DNA from: Gammaproteobacteria bacterium
GTDB taxonomy: Bacteria; Pseudomonadota; Gammaproteobacteria; JADZEE01
Length of the DNA: 24,000 nt
Assembly (NCBI GenBank): GCA_020850735.1
Contig: JADZEE010000027.1
Location: 1-24,000, forward strand
Reading direction: 5' to 3'
Shown here: positions 1 to 8,350 of the stretch, piece after piece
Layout of the letters: each line of letters starts with the position of its first letter
Position numbering within the stretch: position 1 is the first letter of the stretch
Notes under the pieces: model-generated
Told to the model about the DNA's origin: nothing
The model's database searches: none
What the model saw: the letters and a program-made list of their open reading frames with translations, nothing else
Program-made: the position numbers and the translations under genes

Positions 1-1971
1 GAGGCCAAGCGAGCGGCCATCAACCCCGCCGAGGCTGAGGTGCAGGCGAAGGTCTACGCCGCGCAGCTCAAAGTGCCCTATGTCTTCCTCGCCAACGGCG
101 AGGAAATCCGCTTCTGGGAATGGCAGCGCGAAGCCTTCCCCCGCGTCATCAAGACGTTTTTTTCGCAGGGAGACCTTGAACGCCGTGCCGCAACCGGGCA
201 TATGCGGCGCGACCCGCTCACGATTCCCATCGACAGGCACATTGTCGAGCGCGATTACCAAACCGATTGCGTAGACACGCTTTGTCAGGAAATGAATGCA
301 GGGCGGCGCAAGATGCTCGTTGAAATGGCGACCGGCACCGGCAAGACGCGGACTTCCGCGGCCTTGATCAAACGCCTGTTCGAAGCGAATGCCATCACAC
401 GCGTTCTCTTCCTCGTCGATCGCATCCCGCTCGCCAAGCAGACCGAGGACGCATTCGCCGAGCACCTGCCGGATTTTCCGGCTTACGTGCTGCGCGCCGG
501 CCGGCGCTTTCAGGACGAAAAACGCATCACGATCACCACGCTGCAAAGCATGGTGAACATTTATCACGAGTACTCGTCGGGCTACTTCGATCTCGTGATT
601 TCGGACGAGTGCCATCGCTCGATCTACGGCAAGTGGAGCGGCGTCCTCAAGCATTTCGACGGCGTGCAGGTCGGCCTGACCGCTACGCCGTGCATCGCCA
701 ACCCGGAGGATTTCGGCGACGATGAGGACAAGCTCACGATTCGTGACACGCTGCGCTTCTTCGAGGTCGAGGTGCCGACCTACAGTTACAAGCTCAAGGA
801 CGCCATTCGCGACGGTTTCCTGGTCCCGTATCAGATCTACAAAGCCAAGACCGTCAAGACCGCCGCGGAGGGTGGTTTTCCGGTCAGCCGCGGCGAGCTC
901 GACTGGAGCGCGATGGATCAAGGCACGCGTGCCGAGCTCGAACAGCTTTTTGGCAATGAGCAGAGCATCATCATCGATCCGGCGGCGCTGGAGCGGAAAT
1001 TCACCATCCCCGAACGCAACCGCGCCATCGTGCGCGAGTTCCGCGACGTGCTGGAAAACGGCTATACCGACGCGAAGGGGATCGTCCGCAAACCGCTGTT
1101 GGGCAAGACCATCGTCTTCGCCGTGACCAAGCGCCACGCCGAGACGCTCGCACAGATGCTCGACGCGGCCTATGCCGGCGAGAAACCGTCCCCTGAAATC
1201 CGCTATGCGGACTACGTCGTCTCCGGTATGGGTGCGGACGACACGGTCGACGGCATGACGAAGATCAAGCGGTTCAAGAAGGAGAAATTTCCCCAGATTA
1301 TCGTCTCCGTGAACATGCTCGATACCGGCTTCGACTGCCCGGAGGTCGTGAATCTCGTGTTCGCGCGGTTCACGAAATCGGCCATCCTCTACCGGCAAAT
1401 GCGCGGACGCGGGACGCGCAAGTTCAAGGGCAAGCCTGTGTTCACCATGTTCGACTTCGTCGGCGTCACCGACTACCACGGCGACGAGGACGAGGGCGGC
1501 GAAGGCGGCATCGTGGTCGCTCGTCTGCCGAAGAGGAAGTACGAGCCTCGGCGGTTGCTCTCGCTCGACATCAACGACCACATCGACCCGACCACGCGCG
1601 AGTGGGTCACCATCGATGAGAACGGAAACATGGTCTTCCCCGAAGCCTCGGAAGCGAAGGCCGCCGCGCTCGGGGCGTGCTTCGAGGCGTGGTTTCTTGC
1701 CCGGGCGGACAGTCTCACGCCCGATCAGGAGCGCTGGCTCCGCGTCGTCGGCAGCCAGCTCCGGGCAAACGCCGACACGATGGAGGAGTTCACTGCCGGG
1801 CACTTCGCCTTCCATCCCTTCACGCTGATGGGCGGCCTGCCTGAGGCCATCCGGATCTTCGGCGGCGACGAGAACGTGGACGCCGTGCTTGAGTCGCTCA
1901 ACGACGAGGTGTTCGGTGCCGACGAGCCGATGACAGCCGCCGCACTGCAGCCGGGCGCACGGCCCTCATAA
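1..1971 (+). CDS. hsdR: Type I restriction enzyme R subunit (HsdR), 5'-truncated by the window edge
   Basis: Frame 1 is open from base 1 (EAKRAAINPAEAEVQAKVY...), so the listed GTG at 40 is internal. The window starts inside the N-terminal nuclease domain (ExK 'EAK' at bases 1-9, QxxxY 'QAKVY'). SF2 helicase motifs: Walker A 'MATGTGKT', DEAH-type 'SDECHRS', 'LTATP', motif VI 'QMRGRGTR'. The C-terminal tail (LTPDQERWL...FHPFTLMGGL...IFGG) looks like the EcoEI-type R C-terminal domain. hsdM and hsdS follow directly. Confidence 0.9.
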   Translation, partial: EAKRAAINPAEAEVQAKVYAAQLKVPYVFLANGEEIRFWEWQREAFPRVIKTFFSQGDLERRAATGHMRRDPLTIPIDRHIVERDYQTDCVDTLCQEMNAGRRKMLVEMATGTGKTRTSAALIKRLFEANAITRVLFLVDRIPLAKQTEDAFAEHLPDFPAYVLRAGRRFQDEKRITITTLQSMVNIYHEYSSGYFDLVISDECHRSIYGKWSGVLKHFDGVQVGLTATPCIANPEDFGDDEDKLTIRDTLRFFEVEVPTYSYKLKDAIRDGFLVPYQIYKAKTVKTAAEGGFPVSRGELDWSAMDQGTRAELEQLFGNEQSIIIDPAALERKFTIPERNRAIVREFRDVLENGYTDAKGIVRKPLLGKTIVFAVTKRHAETLAQMLDAAYAGEKPSPEIRYADYVVSGMGADDTVDGMTKIKRFKKEKFPQIIVSVNMLDTGFDCPEVVNLVFARFTKSAILYRQMRGRGTRKFKGKPVFTMFDFVGVTDYHGDEDEGGEGGIVVARLPKRKYEPRRLLSLDINDHIDPTTREWVTIDENGNMVFPEASEAKAAALGACFEAWFLARADSLTPDQERWLRVVGSQLRANADTMEEFTAGHFAFHPFTLMGGLPEAIRIFGGDENVDAVLESLNDEVFGADEPMTAAALQPGARPS

Positions 1972-1988
1972 CGGAAGGACACAACGCA

Positions 1989-3611
1989 ATGCCCCTGACC
2001 CCCGAGATGCGCCGCTCGATCGAACAGATCCGCGACTACCTGTACGGCGGCGGCTACCCCGATCCGGTCAGCAATGCCGAGCAGCTCGCGTTCCTGTTCT
2101 TCTTCTATCTGATCGAGGGCATCGACGCCGAGAATGCGGCCCGGGCCAAGGTGCTCAAGCGGAAGCATGAGAGTCTCTTCGGCGGCTCATGGACCCTGAA
2201 GAACCCGCTGAACGCCCTTGAGAAGGGCGAGACGACGATCCCGAAAGAGCGCTTCCGCTGGTCCGTCTGGGCCAAGGGCCTTTCCGGCGAGCCGCTCGTG
2301 CGCTTCGTGCGCGATGAGGTCTTTGCGTTCTTCACCGAGGTGGCCGGGAACGGCGCCGTCAACTTCATGCACGGCGCGCGCCTCGGTATCGACGAGCCCA
2401 CCGTGCTGACGCAGGTCGTGACCCTCGTCGATGGCCTGCGGCTGGATCGCTCGGATGCGGACACCAAGGGCGACCTGTTCGAGCACGTCTTGAAGCAGAT
2501 CAAGCAGGCGGGCGAGCTGGGCCAGTTCCGCACGCCGCGCCACATCATCCGCGCCATCGTCGAGATCATCGATCCGAAGATCGGCGAGACCATCTACGAC
2601 CCGGCGGCGGGAACGGCCGGGTTCCTGGTCGCAGCCTACAACCACATCCGGCTTGCGAACTCGTCGCCGGGCGGCATCCAGAGCGTCGATTTCGACGGCA
2701 AGGTGCAGACCCGCGGCCTCGGCGACAAGCTCTCGGCCGCGCATGTCTCGGCGCTCCAGAACCAGACTTTCTTCGGTAATGATGTCGATCCGAAAATGGT
2801 GCGCCTCGCCACGATGAACCTCACGCTGCGCGGCCTGCCGAACGTGCGCATCCTGCTGCGTAACGTCCTGACCACCACGTTTGATGTCGAGCGCAAGGCC
2901 GAGCTGGGTCTGCCGCAGGAGGGCTATCACGTCGTCCTCGCCAATCCGCCGTTTTCCGGCAGGGTAGACCGGGATCGGATCGTCGATGACGTGAAAGTCG
3001 GGACGACCACTGCAACCGAGCTGCTGTTCCTCAAGTACATGATGGACAGCCTGCGTCCGGGCGGGCGCTGCGGCGTCATCGTGCCCGAGGGCGTGCTGTT
3101 CGGATCGACCGGCGCCCACAAGGAGCTGCGGCGTCAGTTGATCGAGAACAACCGCGTCGAGGCGGTGATGAGCCTGCCGGGCGGGGTATTTCAGCCGTAT
3201 TCCAGCGTGAAAACCTCGGTGCTTTTCTTCAGGAAAGGCGGCAAGACCGAAAACGTGCTTTTCCTGCACGCGGATAACGACGGCTACAAGCTCGATGCCA
3301 ACCATGACCAGCCCATCGAAGCCGATGACTTGCCGACGCTGATCACCGCTTATCGTGAGCGCGAGGCGGGACTGAAGGCTTGGGAAAAGCGCGATCCGAA
3401 AGCGGAGTGGAGCGGGCAGTGGTGGTTTGCCGATGAGGCTACGCTCCGGGCGAACGACTTCAACCTGTCAGCCGGGCGTTACCGTCCCATGAGCCAGCAG
3501 CAGGTTAAGCACCGGGACCCGCGCGAGCTGCTGGACGAACTGGCGGCCATTGAGTCCGAGATCGTCGAAGAAGTTGAAGCGCTGCGAGCGGCGCTGGGCG
3601 AGGCTGCATGA
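1989..3611 (+). CDS. hsdM: Type I R-M N6-adenine DNA methyltransferase subunit (HsdM)
   Basis: ATG at 1989 is preceded by GGAAGGA. AdoMet-binding motif I 'DPAAGTAGFL' and catalytic motif IV 'NPPF' (LANPPFSG) are present. 540 aa. Its stop overlaps the hsdS start (ATGA at 3608-3611). Confidence 0.93.
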   Translation: MPLTPEMRRSIEQIRDYLYGGGYPDPVSNAEQLAFLFFFYLIEGIDAENAARAKVLKRKHESLFGGSWTLKNPLNALEKGETTIPKERFRWSVWAKGLSGEPLVRFVRDEVFAFFTEVAGNGAVNFMHGARLGIDEPTVLTQVVTLVDGLRLDRSDADTKGDLFEHVLKQIKQAGELGQFRTPRHIIRAIVEIIDPKIGETIYDPAAGTAGFLVAAYNHIRLANSSPGGIQSVDFDGKVQTRGLGDKLSAAHVSALQNQTFFGNDVDPKMVRLATMNLTLRGLPNVRILLRNVLTTTFDVERKAELGLPQEGYHVVLANPPFSGRVDRDRIVDDVKVGTTTATELLFLKYMMDSLRPGGRCGVIVPEGVLFGSTGAHKELRRQLIENNRVEAVMSLPGGVFQPYSSVKTSVLFFRKGGKTENVLFLHADNDGYKLDANHDQPIEADDLPTLITAYREREAGLKAWEKRDPKAEWSGQWWFADEATLRANDFNLSAGRYRPMSQQQVKHRDPRELLDELAAIESEIVEEVEALRAALGEAA

Positions 3612-4858
3612 ATTGGCCGGAAAGGACGCTAGGGGACGTTTGCGAGATCAATCCTCGTCTACCGCGCGATCACGGTCTCGCGGACGACATGTCAGTTTCT
3701 TTTGTCCCAATGGCGGCGGTTGACGAGGTATCAGGCGTCGTGCGGGACAAGCAGCAACGCCCATTTCTTCAGGTTAAGAAGGGGTATACCAGTTTCCGTG
3801 ACGGCGATGTGCTGTTCGCCAAGATCACGCCCTGCATGGAGAATGGGAAAGCCGCTGTCGCGAGTGATTTGCTCAACGGAGTCGGCTTTGGCTCGACGGA
3901 GTTTCACGTTCTTCGACCAAAGGCCGGTGTGTTAGCTGAGTGGATTTACTACTTCGTAAGGAGGGAGCCCTTCCGTAGGGAGGCGAAGCGGAATTTCACT
4001 GGGACCGCCGGGCAACAGCGCGTGCCGGCAACTTTCCTTGCGAACTGTCGCATACATATTCCGCCTCTCGACGAGCAACGCCGGATTATTGATCTGCTCT
4101 CCCGCGCCGAAGGAATTATCAGACTGCGGCGCGAGGCGCAGAAGAAGGCCGCCGAAATCATCCCCGCGCTCTTCATCGACATGTTCGGCGACCCGGCGAC
4201 GAATCCGAAGGGGTGGGTCGAAACGACACTTGGAAATGTCGTTGACGAGTTTCGCTACGGAACCTCTCAGAAATCGGGAACGCTCGGACTGCCGACGCTA
4301 CGAATCCCGAACGTCATTGGCGACAGACTCGACCCGACGGAGATCAAACTCGTCTCCGTGCCCGACGTTGAGGCCAATCGCCTGCGTCTGCGCGACGGCG
4401 ATTTCCTCTTTGTTCGCACCAACGGAAATCCCGACTACGTTGGGCGGAGCGCCGTCTATGAATCGCATGTCATGCGGAACGCGGGATTCGATGGCGACAA
4501 CTGCCTCTATGCCTCCTACCTGATTCGAGCGCGCCTAAAGCTCGACGCCGTCAACCCCCGGTACCTTCAGTCCTTCCTATCGACTTCCGAGGGCCGCAAG
4601 CGTCTCCGCGAGCAGGCGCGGACATCGGCAGGGCAGTACAACATCAACACCGAGGGTCTAGCCAGTATCCGTATTCCGCTGCCATCCATTCAGCTCCAGA
4701 CTGACTATGAAGAGCGTTGCCGCCCGTTGTTCGGACTTCGAGACCTACAGTCAGTGGCGAGTGCGAAAGCAGAGGGCGCCTTCAGCGCCCTTGTCGCGCG
4801 GACGTTTTCTGGGGCCAAGCAGGCACACGACAACCCGGTGGAGGTTGCCGTCGCATGA
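3608..4858 (+). CDS. hsdS: Type I R-M specificity subunit (HsdS)
   Basis: 416 aa with two variable target-recognition halves separated by conserved helical regions ('PPLDEQRRIIDLLSRAEGIIRLRREAQKKAAEIIPALF' centrally, 'LPSIQLQTDYEERCRPLF' distally). It sits after hsdM with a 4-bp overlap. It looks more AT-rich than hsdR/hsdM, as expected for a swappable specificity gene. Confidence 0.9.
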   Translation: MNWPERTLGDVCEINPRLPRDHGLADDMSVSFVPMAAVDEVSGVVRDKQQRPFLQVKKGYTSFRDGDVLFAKITPCMENGKAAVASDLLNGVGFGSTEFHVLRPKAGVLAEWIYYFVRREPFRREAKRNFTGTAGQQRVPATFLANCRIHIPPLDEQRRIIDLLSRAEGIIRLRREAQKKAAEIIPALFIDMFGDPATNPKGWVETTLGNVVDEFRYGTSQKSGTLGLPTLRIPNVIGDRLDPTEIKLVSVPDVEANRLRLRDGDFLFVRTNGNPDYVGRSAVYESHVMRNAGFDGDNCLYASYLIRARLKLDAVNPRYLQSFLSTSEGRKRLREQARTSAGQYNINTEGLASIRIPLPSIQLQTDYEERCRPLFGLRDLQSVASAKAEGAFSALVARTFSGAKQAHDNPVEVAVA

Positions 4859-5025
4859 AGTACCCATATGAAGACATGAGTGAGGACCAGTTCGAGAAGC
4901 TCGTCGCCCTCATCTGTCAGAAGTTGCTCGGCATATCTGTGCAACCGTTCGCAAAGAGGCCAGACGGCGGGCGCGACGCGCTTGGCCGCACGGAGCAGAG
5001 GATCAAGCATTGTCTATTGTCCTGA
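4855..5025 (+). CDS. 56-aa ORF resembling only the N-terminal part of an Mrr-like/PD-(D/E)XK restriction-endonuclease domain (small protein or gene remnant)
   Basis: Internal ATG of the listed ORF 4717..5025. ATG 4855 overlaps the hsdS stop (ATGA), and GGAGG lies 10 nt upstream. The sequence MKYPYEDMSEDQFEKLVALICQKLLGISVQPFAKRPDGGRDA fits the 'xxDFExLvxxLLxxlG...F..g.DGGxD' opening of Mrr-cat-type domains. It stops 15 codons later, before any (D/E)xK strand. Its 3' end overlaps the Argonaute start by 16 nt. Confidence 0.4.
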   Translation: MKYPYEDMSEDQFEKLVALICQKLLGISVQPFAKRPDGGRDALGRTEQRIKHCLLS

Positions 5026-7202
5026 ATGCATTCCGGCTGAAAGTCCCGGACTTGTACCTTGAAGCCCGCCAGGTTTCCTACGACCAGGAAACACTTGAAG
5101 GCCTTCGCACGAAGCACGGCACTACCCACGCCTTCCGCCGACAGGGCGAGAGCATCCTTGTATTCTCGCCAGACGGAAACTTTCCCGTATCCGGTGCGAA
5201 GCAGACGATTGGGCTCAAGGACAATTTCGGCATTTTCTGCTTCTTGGTCAAGGACGGACTGACGCGGCATCTGGCCGGTCTTGGCCGTCGTCCTGTCGGC
5301 TTCACGCCCATCGAACTGGTGAGCGCTAAGCCTGAAGATAATCTTCTCGTTCCGATTCTCGGAGAGGCCTACCCTTTTCAAGTCTGCGCCAAGTACGCAA
5401 TCCACACGCGCTACGTTCAGGGCCATCCCAGTCTGGTCATTGACTGCACCACGCGGCGGGTGCTGAAGGAGACGTGTCTGTTTTTCCTTCGAGCCGGTTT
5501 CGATCTCAACGGCCGCTATGTTGCAATTGAGGAAGAGGACGGATACCGGAAGTTTCTCGGGTCGGTGAGCGCGCAGAAGGGTGACACGCTTTATGTGACG
5601 CGGCCTGACGGACAGACTGAGCAAGTCGAAGCGAAAGACATTTATCTGGAAGCCAGCCGGACGAACTTCGACGACTACGTATCCCATACGCATGGTGCGC
5701 AGAAGGACGCAATCGTCGAGCGCATCCGCCAATCTGTGTCGTCGTTTAATGGCGGCGAGAACAAGAAGACTCGCATCGATACGCTCAAGAGATACGTACA
5801 GTCGAAGTCCATTCCCCTGATCGACGGAACCCGCATTGAAATCGAGGACGCGCCTGATATTCAGCGTCACTGCGACCAGATGCCGAAGCCGGTATTCGTC
5901 TTCAATGACAACGGCGAGGCCGATTGGGTGGAGAAAGGCCTGACGCAGTACGGTCCATATACAAAGCGCACGTTTGACCGAAACGATCCGTCTATCTGCG
6001 TCATCTGTGCGCAACACGACAAGGGGCGCGTGGAGCAGTTCGTCCGCAAGCTCCTAAAAGGGATTTCCTCAAGCAAGTATTTCAGCAGTGGCCTTGAAGG
6101 TAAGTTCACTCTGGGAACCAGCCGCGTCGAGGTGTTCGCAACGGCCACGGACAGTGTGGAGGCATACAAGAACGCGATAGAAGCGGCGATCCGGAAGAAA
6201 GCGGAAGACGGGGGACGCTGGGACCTCGCGCTTGTTCAGGTCCGGCAGTCGTTCAAGAAGCTCAAGGTGACGGAGAATCCCTACTACCTGGGGAAGAGCC
6301 TTTTCTTCCTGCATCAGGTTCCTGTTCAGGACTTCACGATAGAGCTTCTCGCCCAGTCGGACTACTCGCTGGGGTATTCGCTCAACAATATGGCGCTAGC
6401 CTGCTACGCGAAGATGGGCGGTGTTCCTTGGCTACTCAAGTCCTCGCCGACGCTTTCCCACGAGCTGGTGATAGGCATTGGCAGCGCAAATATCGGGCAG
6501 GAGCGAGGCGCCGATAAGCAGCGGATCATGGGTATTACCACCGTGTTCTCAGGGGACGGCAGCTACATCGTTTCGAATACTTCGAAGGCTGTAGTGCCGG
6601 AGGCCTATTGCGAGGCGTTGACGGCGGTGCTCGGAGAGACAATCGAGAAGATCCAGAAGCGCATGAACTGGCAAAAAGGCGACACGATCCGCCTGATCTT
6701 TCACGCGCAGGTCAAGAAGTTCAACAAAGAGGAGATTGGCGCCGTCCGTGCCGTGATCGACAAGTACCGCGAATATCAGGTCGAGTATGCGTTCCTGAAA
6801 ATCTCCGAGGATCACGGGCTGCACATGTTTGACACTGCTCCGGCAAGGGAGAAGAAGGGGCGATTGGCTCCCCACCGTGGAAAGACGTTCAAGCTCTCAA
6901 ATCACGAAATGCTTGTCTACCTTATAGGTCAGCGCGAGCTGCGGCAGGATACCGATGGGCATCCGCGCGGCGTAATCCTTGATGTTCACAAGGACTCGAC
7001 CTTCAAAGACATCAAGTATCTCAGTGCCCAACTTTATAGCTTTGCGTCGCACTCGTGGCGCAGCTATTTTCCGAACCCCATGCCTGTGACGATCAGCTAT
7101 TCCGACCTGATCGCCAGGAATCTCGGGTGGATGAATCAGCTTCCGGGATGGAATGATTCGATAATGATCGGGAAGATTGGGCAATCCCAGTGGTTTCTGT
7201 AG
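5010..7202 (+). CDS. Long prokaryotic Argonaute (pAgo), catalytically degenerate (long-B-like)
   Basis: 730-aa ORF. TTG start at 5010 with GAGGA 7 nt upstream. The N-terminus 'SIVLNAFRL' resembles the LNxF opening of pAgos. MID/PIWI signature: 'VTENPYYLGKSLFFLHQVPVQDF...YSLNNMALACYAKMGGVPWLLKS...HELVIGIGSANIG'. Y-x3-K...Q...K residues match a 5'-end binding pocket. By-eye alignment to the TtAgo DEDX positions gives G (GIGSA vs GFDAG), H (RLIFHAQ vs LLLRDGR) and a retained D (SYSDLIA vs HLADRLV). Confidence 0.88.
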   Translation: MSIVLNAFRLKVPDLYLEARQVSYDQETLEGLRTKHGTTHAFRRQGESILVFSPDGNFPVSGAKQTIGLKDNFGIFCFLVKDGLTRHLAGLGRRPVGFTPIELVSAKPEDNLLVPILGEAYPFQVCAKYAIHTRYVQGHPSLVIDCTTRRVLKETCLFFLRAGFDLNGRYVAIEEEDGYRKFLGSVSAQKGDTLYVTRPDGQTEQVEAKDIYLEASRTNFDDYVSHTHGAQKDAIVERIRQSVSSFNGGENKKTRIDTLKRYVQSKSIPLIDGTRIEIEDAPDIQRHCDQMPKPVFVFNDNGEADWVEKGLTQYGPYTKRTFDRNDPSICVICAQHDKGRVEQFVRKLLKGISSSKYFSSGLEGKFTLGTSRVEVFATATDSVEAYKNAIEAAIRKKAEDGGRWDLALVQVRQSFKKLKVTENPYYLGKSLFFLHQVPVQDFTIELLAQSDYSLGYSLNNMALACYAKMGGVPWLLKSSPTLSHELVIGIGSANIGQERGADKQRIMGITTVFSGDGSYIVSNTSKAVVPEAYCEALTAVLGETIEKIQKRMNWQKGDTIRLIFHAQVKKFNKEEIGAVRAVIDKYREYQVEYAFLKISEDHGLHMFDTAPAREKKGRLAPHRGKTFKLSNHEMLVYLIGQRELRQDTDGHPRGVILDVHKDSTFKDIKYLSAQLYSFASHSWRSYFPNPMPVTISYSDLIARNLGWMNQLPGWNDSIMIGKIGQSQWFL

Positions 7203-8350
7203 AAAAAGAGAACGCCTACCAGTTGCGCGAGTACCTTCAGCGTAAGGTATCCGAAAGCGCGCACGGCGATCCGTTCAAATCGTCCTTTCTGCGTTTTCTA
7301 GGACTCTCGAAGGACGGCGGGTCAGCTTTCGACGCTACCAAGCTCTCCTTGTACCAGCGGTGTGCGGTCTCCGGGCTTGACGTTTGGGGAGTGACCGTAC
7401 CTGCTCAGGATGTGTCGCGACTGCTGGGGCAGGCCGCCAAGATCGACTCTACGCCCCGGCCCTGGGTGTCTGATGTTTTCGGCGTGATGGCCGTGAAGCG
7501 GCTCGTCGACAGGCTGAACGACAACCGCATCGTCCGTGAGTTCGAGCACTGGACTGCTGGCTTCCTTGCGCAGCAGGTCGGCGGTGACCACCTCAATCTC
7601 TTTGAAAAGGACATCGCGACCCTTATCCGCAGTGGGGAGTCCGCCGTCTATGCGACCGCCTGCGTTCCGCTCTTTCTTCATTATCAAGCGATCAGGAGGA
7701 TTGACGATCACCAGCTTCGTCTGTCCCTCATAAATCGGTTCATGCACGAATTCCGGCAGCAGGCGCAAGCAGATTCTTCGACGGCGCTACTGGGGGTGAT
7801 GGTCTACGTCTTCGACCAGATCAACGAAGATGTCGCCGTTGTGCCGCCGAAGGGCTGGAGCCTCGACGATCTTCTGATCTTTCTGGAGCATGTTCCCGTT
7901 GGCCTAAAGCGCTGGACTTGGGAAGACGCGGGGCGCACGAAAGGCGCGGTACCTGCCAAATGGCGCGTTGATAACGAATACCACGTCCAGAATCTGCTCT
8001 ACGTGTTGCTTGCGCCCGTCTTTAGTGACATCGCGGATGAAGTATATCTGCAACCAGTTGGGCAGAAGACGCCGCGGGTGGACTTGTACTTGCCGCCTCT
8101 GAACACAATCATCGAAGTTAAGTATCGGAAGGACGCGAAGAAGTCGTTTCCGATGCTCATCGGCGAGATCGCCGAGGATGCGTCTCTCTATCGGGCCGAC
8201 GCAAAATACAAAGATGTACGGATTGTCAGCTTCCTGTGGGATTGCACGCGCGCGACGCAGGAGCACACAAAATTCAAAGAGGGCGTATTGAAGATCGACG
8301 GCATGAATGGGTGCGTCGTGATCAGTGCGCCATCGACAATGAATGAGTGA
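7190..8350 (+). CDS. pAgo-associated protein with C-terminal PD-(D/E)XK nuclease fold motif and unrecognised N-terminal domain
   Basis: 386 aa. GTG 7190 overlaps the pAgo stop by 13 nt; an alternative TTG at 7223 is possible, so the start is uncertain. The C-terminal region 'DNEYHVQNLLYVLLAPVF...TPRVDLYLPPLNTIIEVKYRKD' gives the E...D...E-x-K arrangement of restriction-endonuclease-like nucleases. The first ~250 aa match nothing I recognise. Confidence 0.75.
   Translation: MVSVEKENAYQLREYLQRKVSESAHGDPFKSSFLRFLGLSKDGGSAFDATKLSLYQRCAVSGLDVWGVTVPAQDVSRLLGQAAKIDSTPRPWVSDVFGVMAVKRLVDRLNDNRIVREFEHWTAGFLAQQVGGDHLNLFEKDIATLIRSGESAVYATACVPLFLHYQAIRRIDDHQLRLSLINRFMHEFRQQAQADSSTALLGVMVYVFDQINEDVAVVPPKGWSLDDLLIFLEHVPVGLKRWTWEDAGRTKGAVPAKWRVDNEYHVQNLLYVLLAPVFSDIADEVYLQPVGQKTPRVDLYLPPLNTIIEVKYRKDAKKSFPMLIGEIAEDASLYRADAKYKDVRIVSFLWDCTRATQEHTKFKEGVLKIDGMNGCVVISAPSTMNE

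Noticed and set aside
2187-3305. 372-aa minus-strand ORF
   Set aside because: It lies entirely antisense to hsdM, which carries clear methyltransferase motifs. Arg/Ala/Leu-rich shadow ORF.
4917-6017. 366-aa minus-strand ORF opposite the pAgo N-terminal half
   Set aside because: The + frame is one uninterrupted 730-codon ORF whose C-terminal half is unambiguously MID-PIWI. The antisense product is R/L/V-rich with no motifs. Rejected as a shadow ORF, although the pAgo N-terminal half itself is poorly conserved and cannot be independently verified by eye.
4855-7202. A frameshift or sequencing error fusing the 56-aa Mrr-like ORF to the pAgo as one protein
   Set aside because: The pAgo frame begins with an LNxF-type N-terminus at its own TTG with a good GAGGA SD. 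The nuclease-like piece would still lack its (D/E)xK strand after fusion. The fusion cannot be fully excluded without read-level data.
5010-7202. An active, slicing (long-A) Argonaute
   Set aside because: Two of the four catalytic positions appear substituted (Gly and His) in by-eye alignment to TtAgo. The presence of a coupled nuclease partner fits the inactive-pAgo-plus-effector logic.
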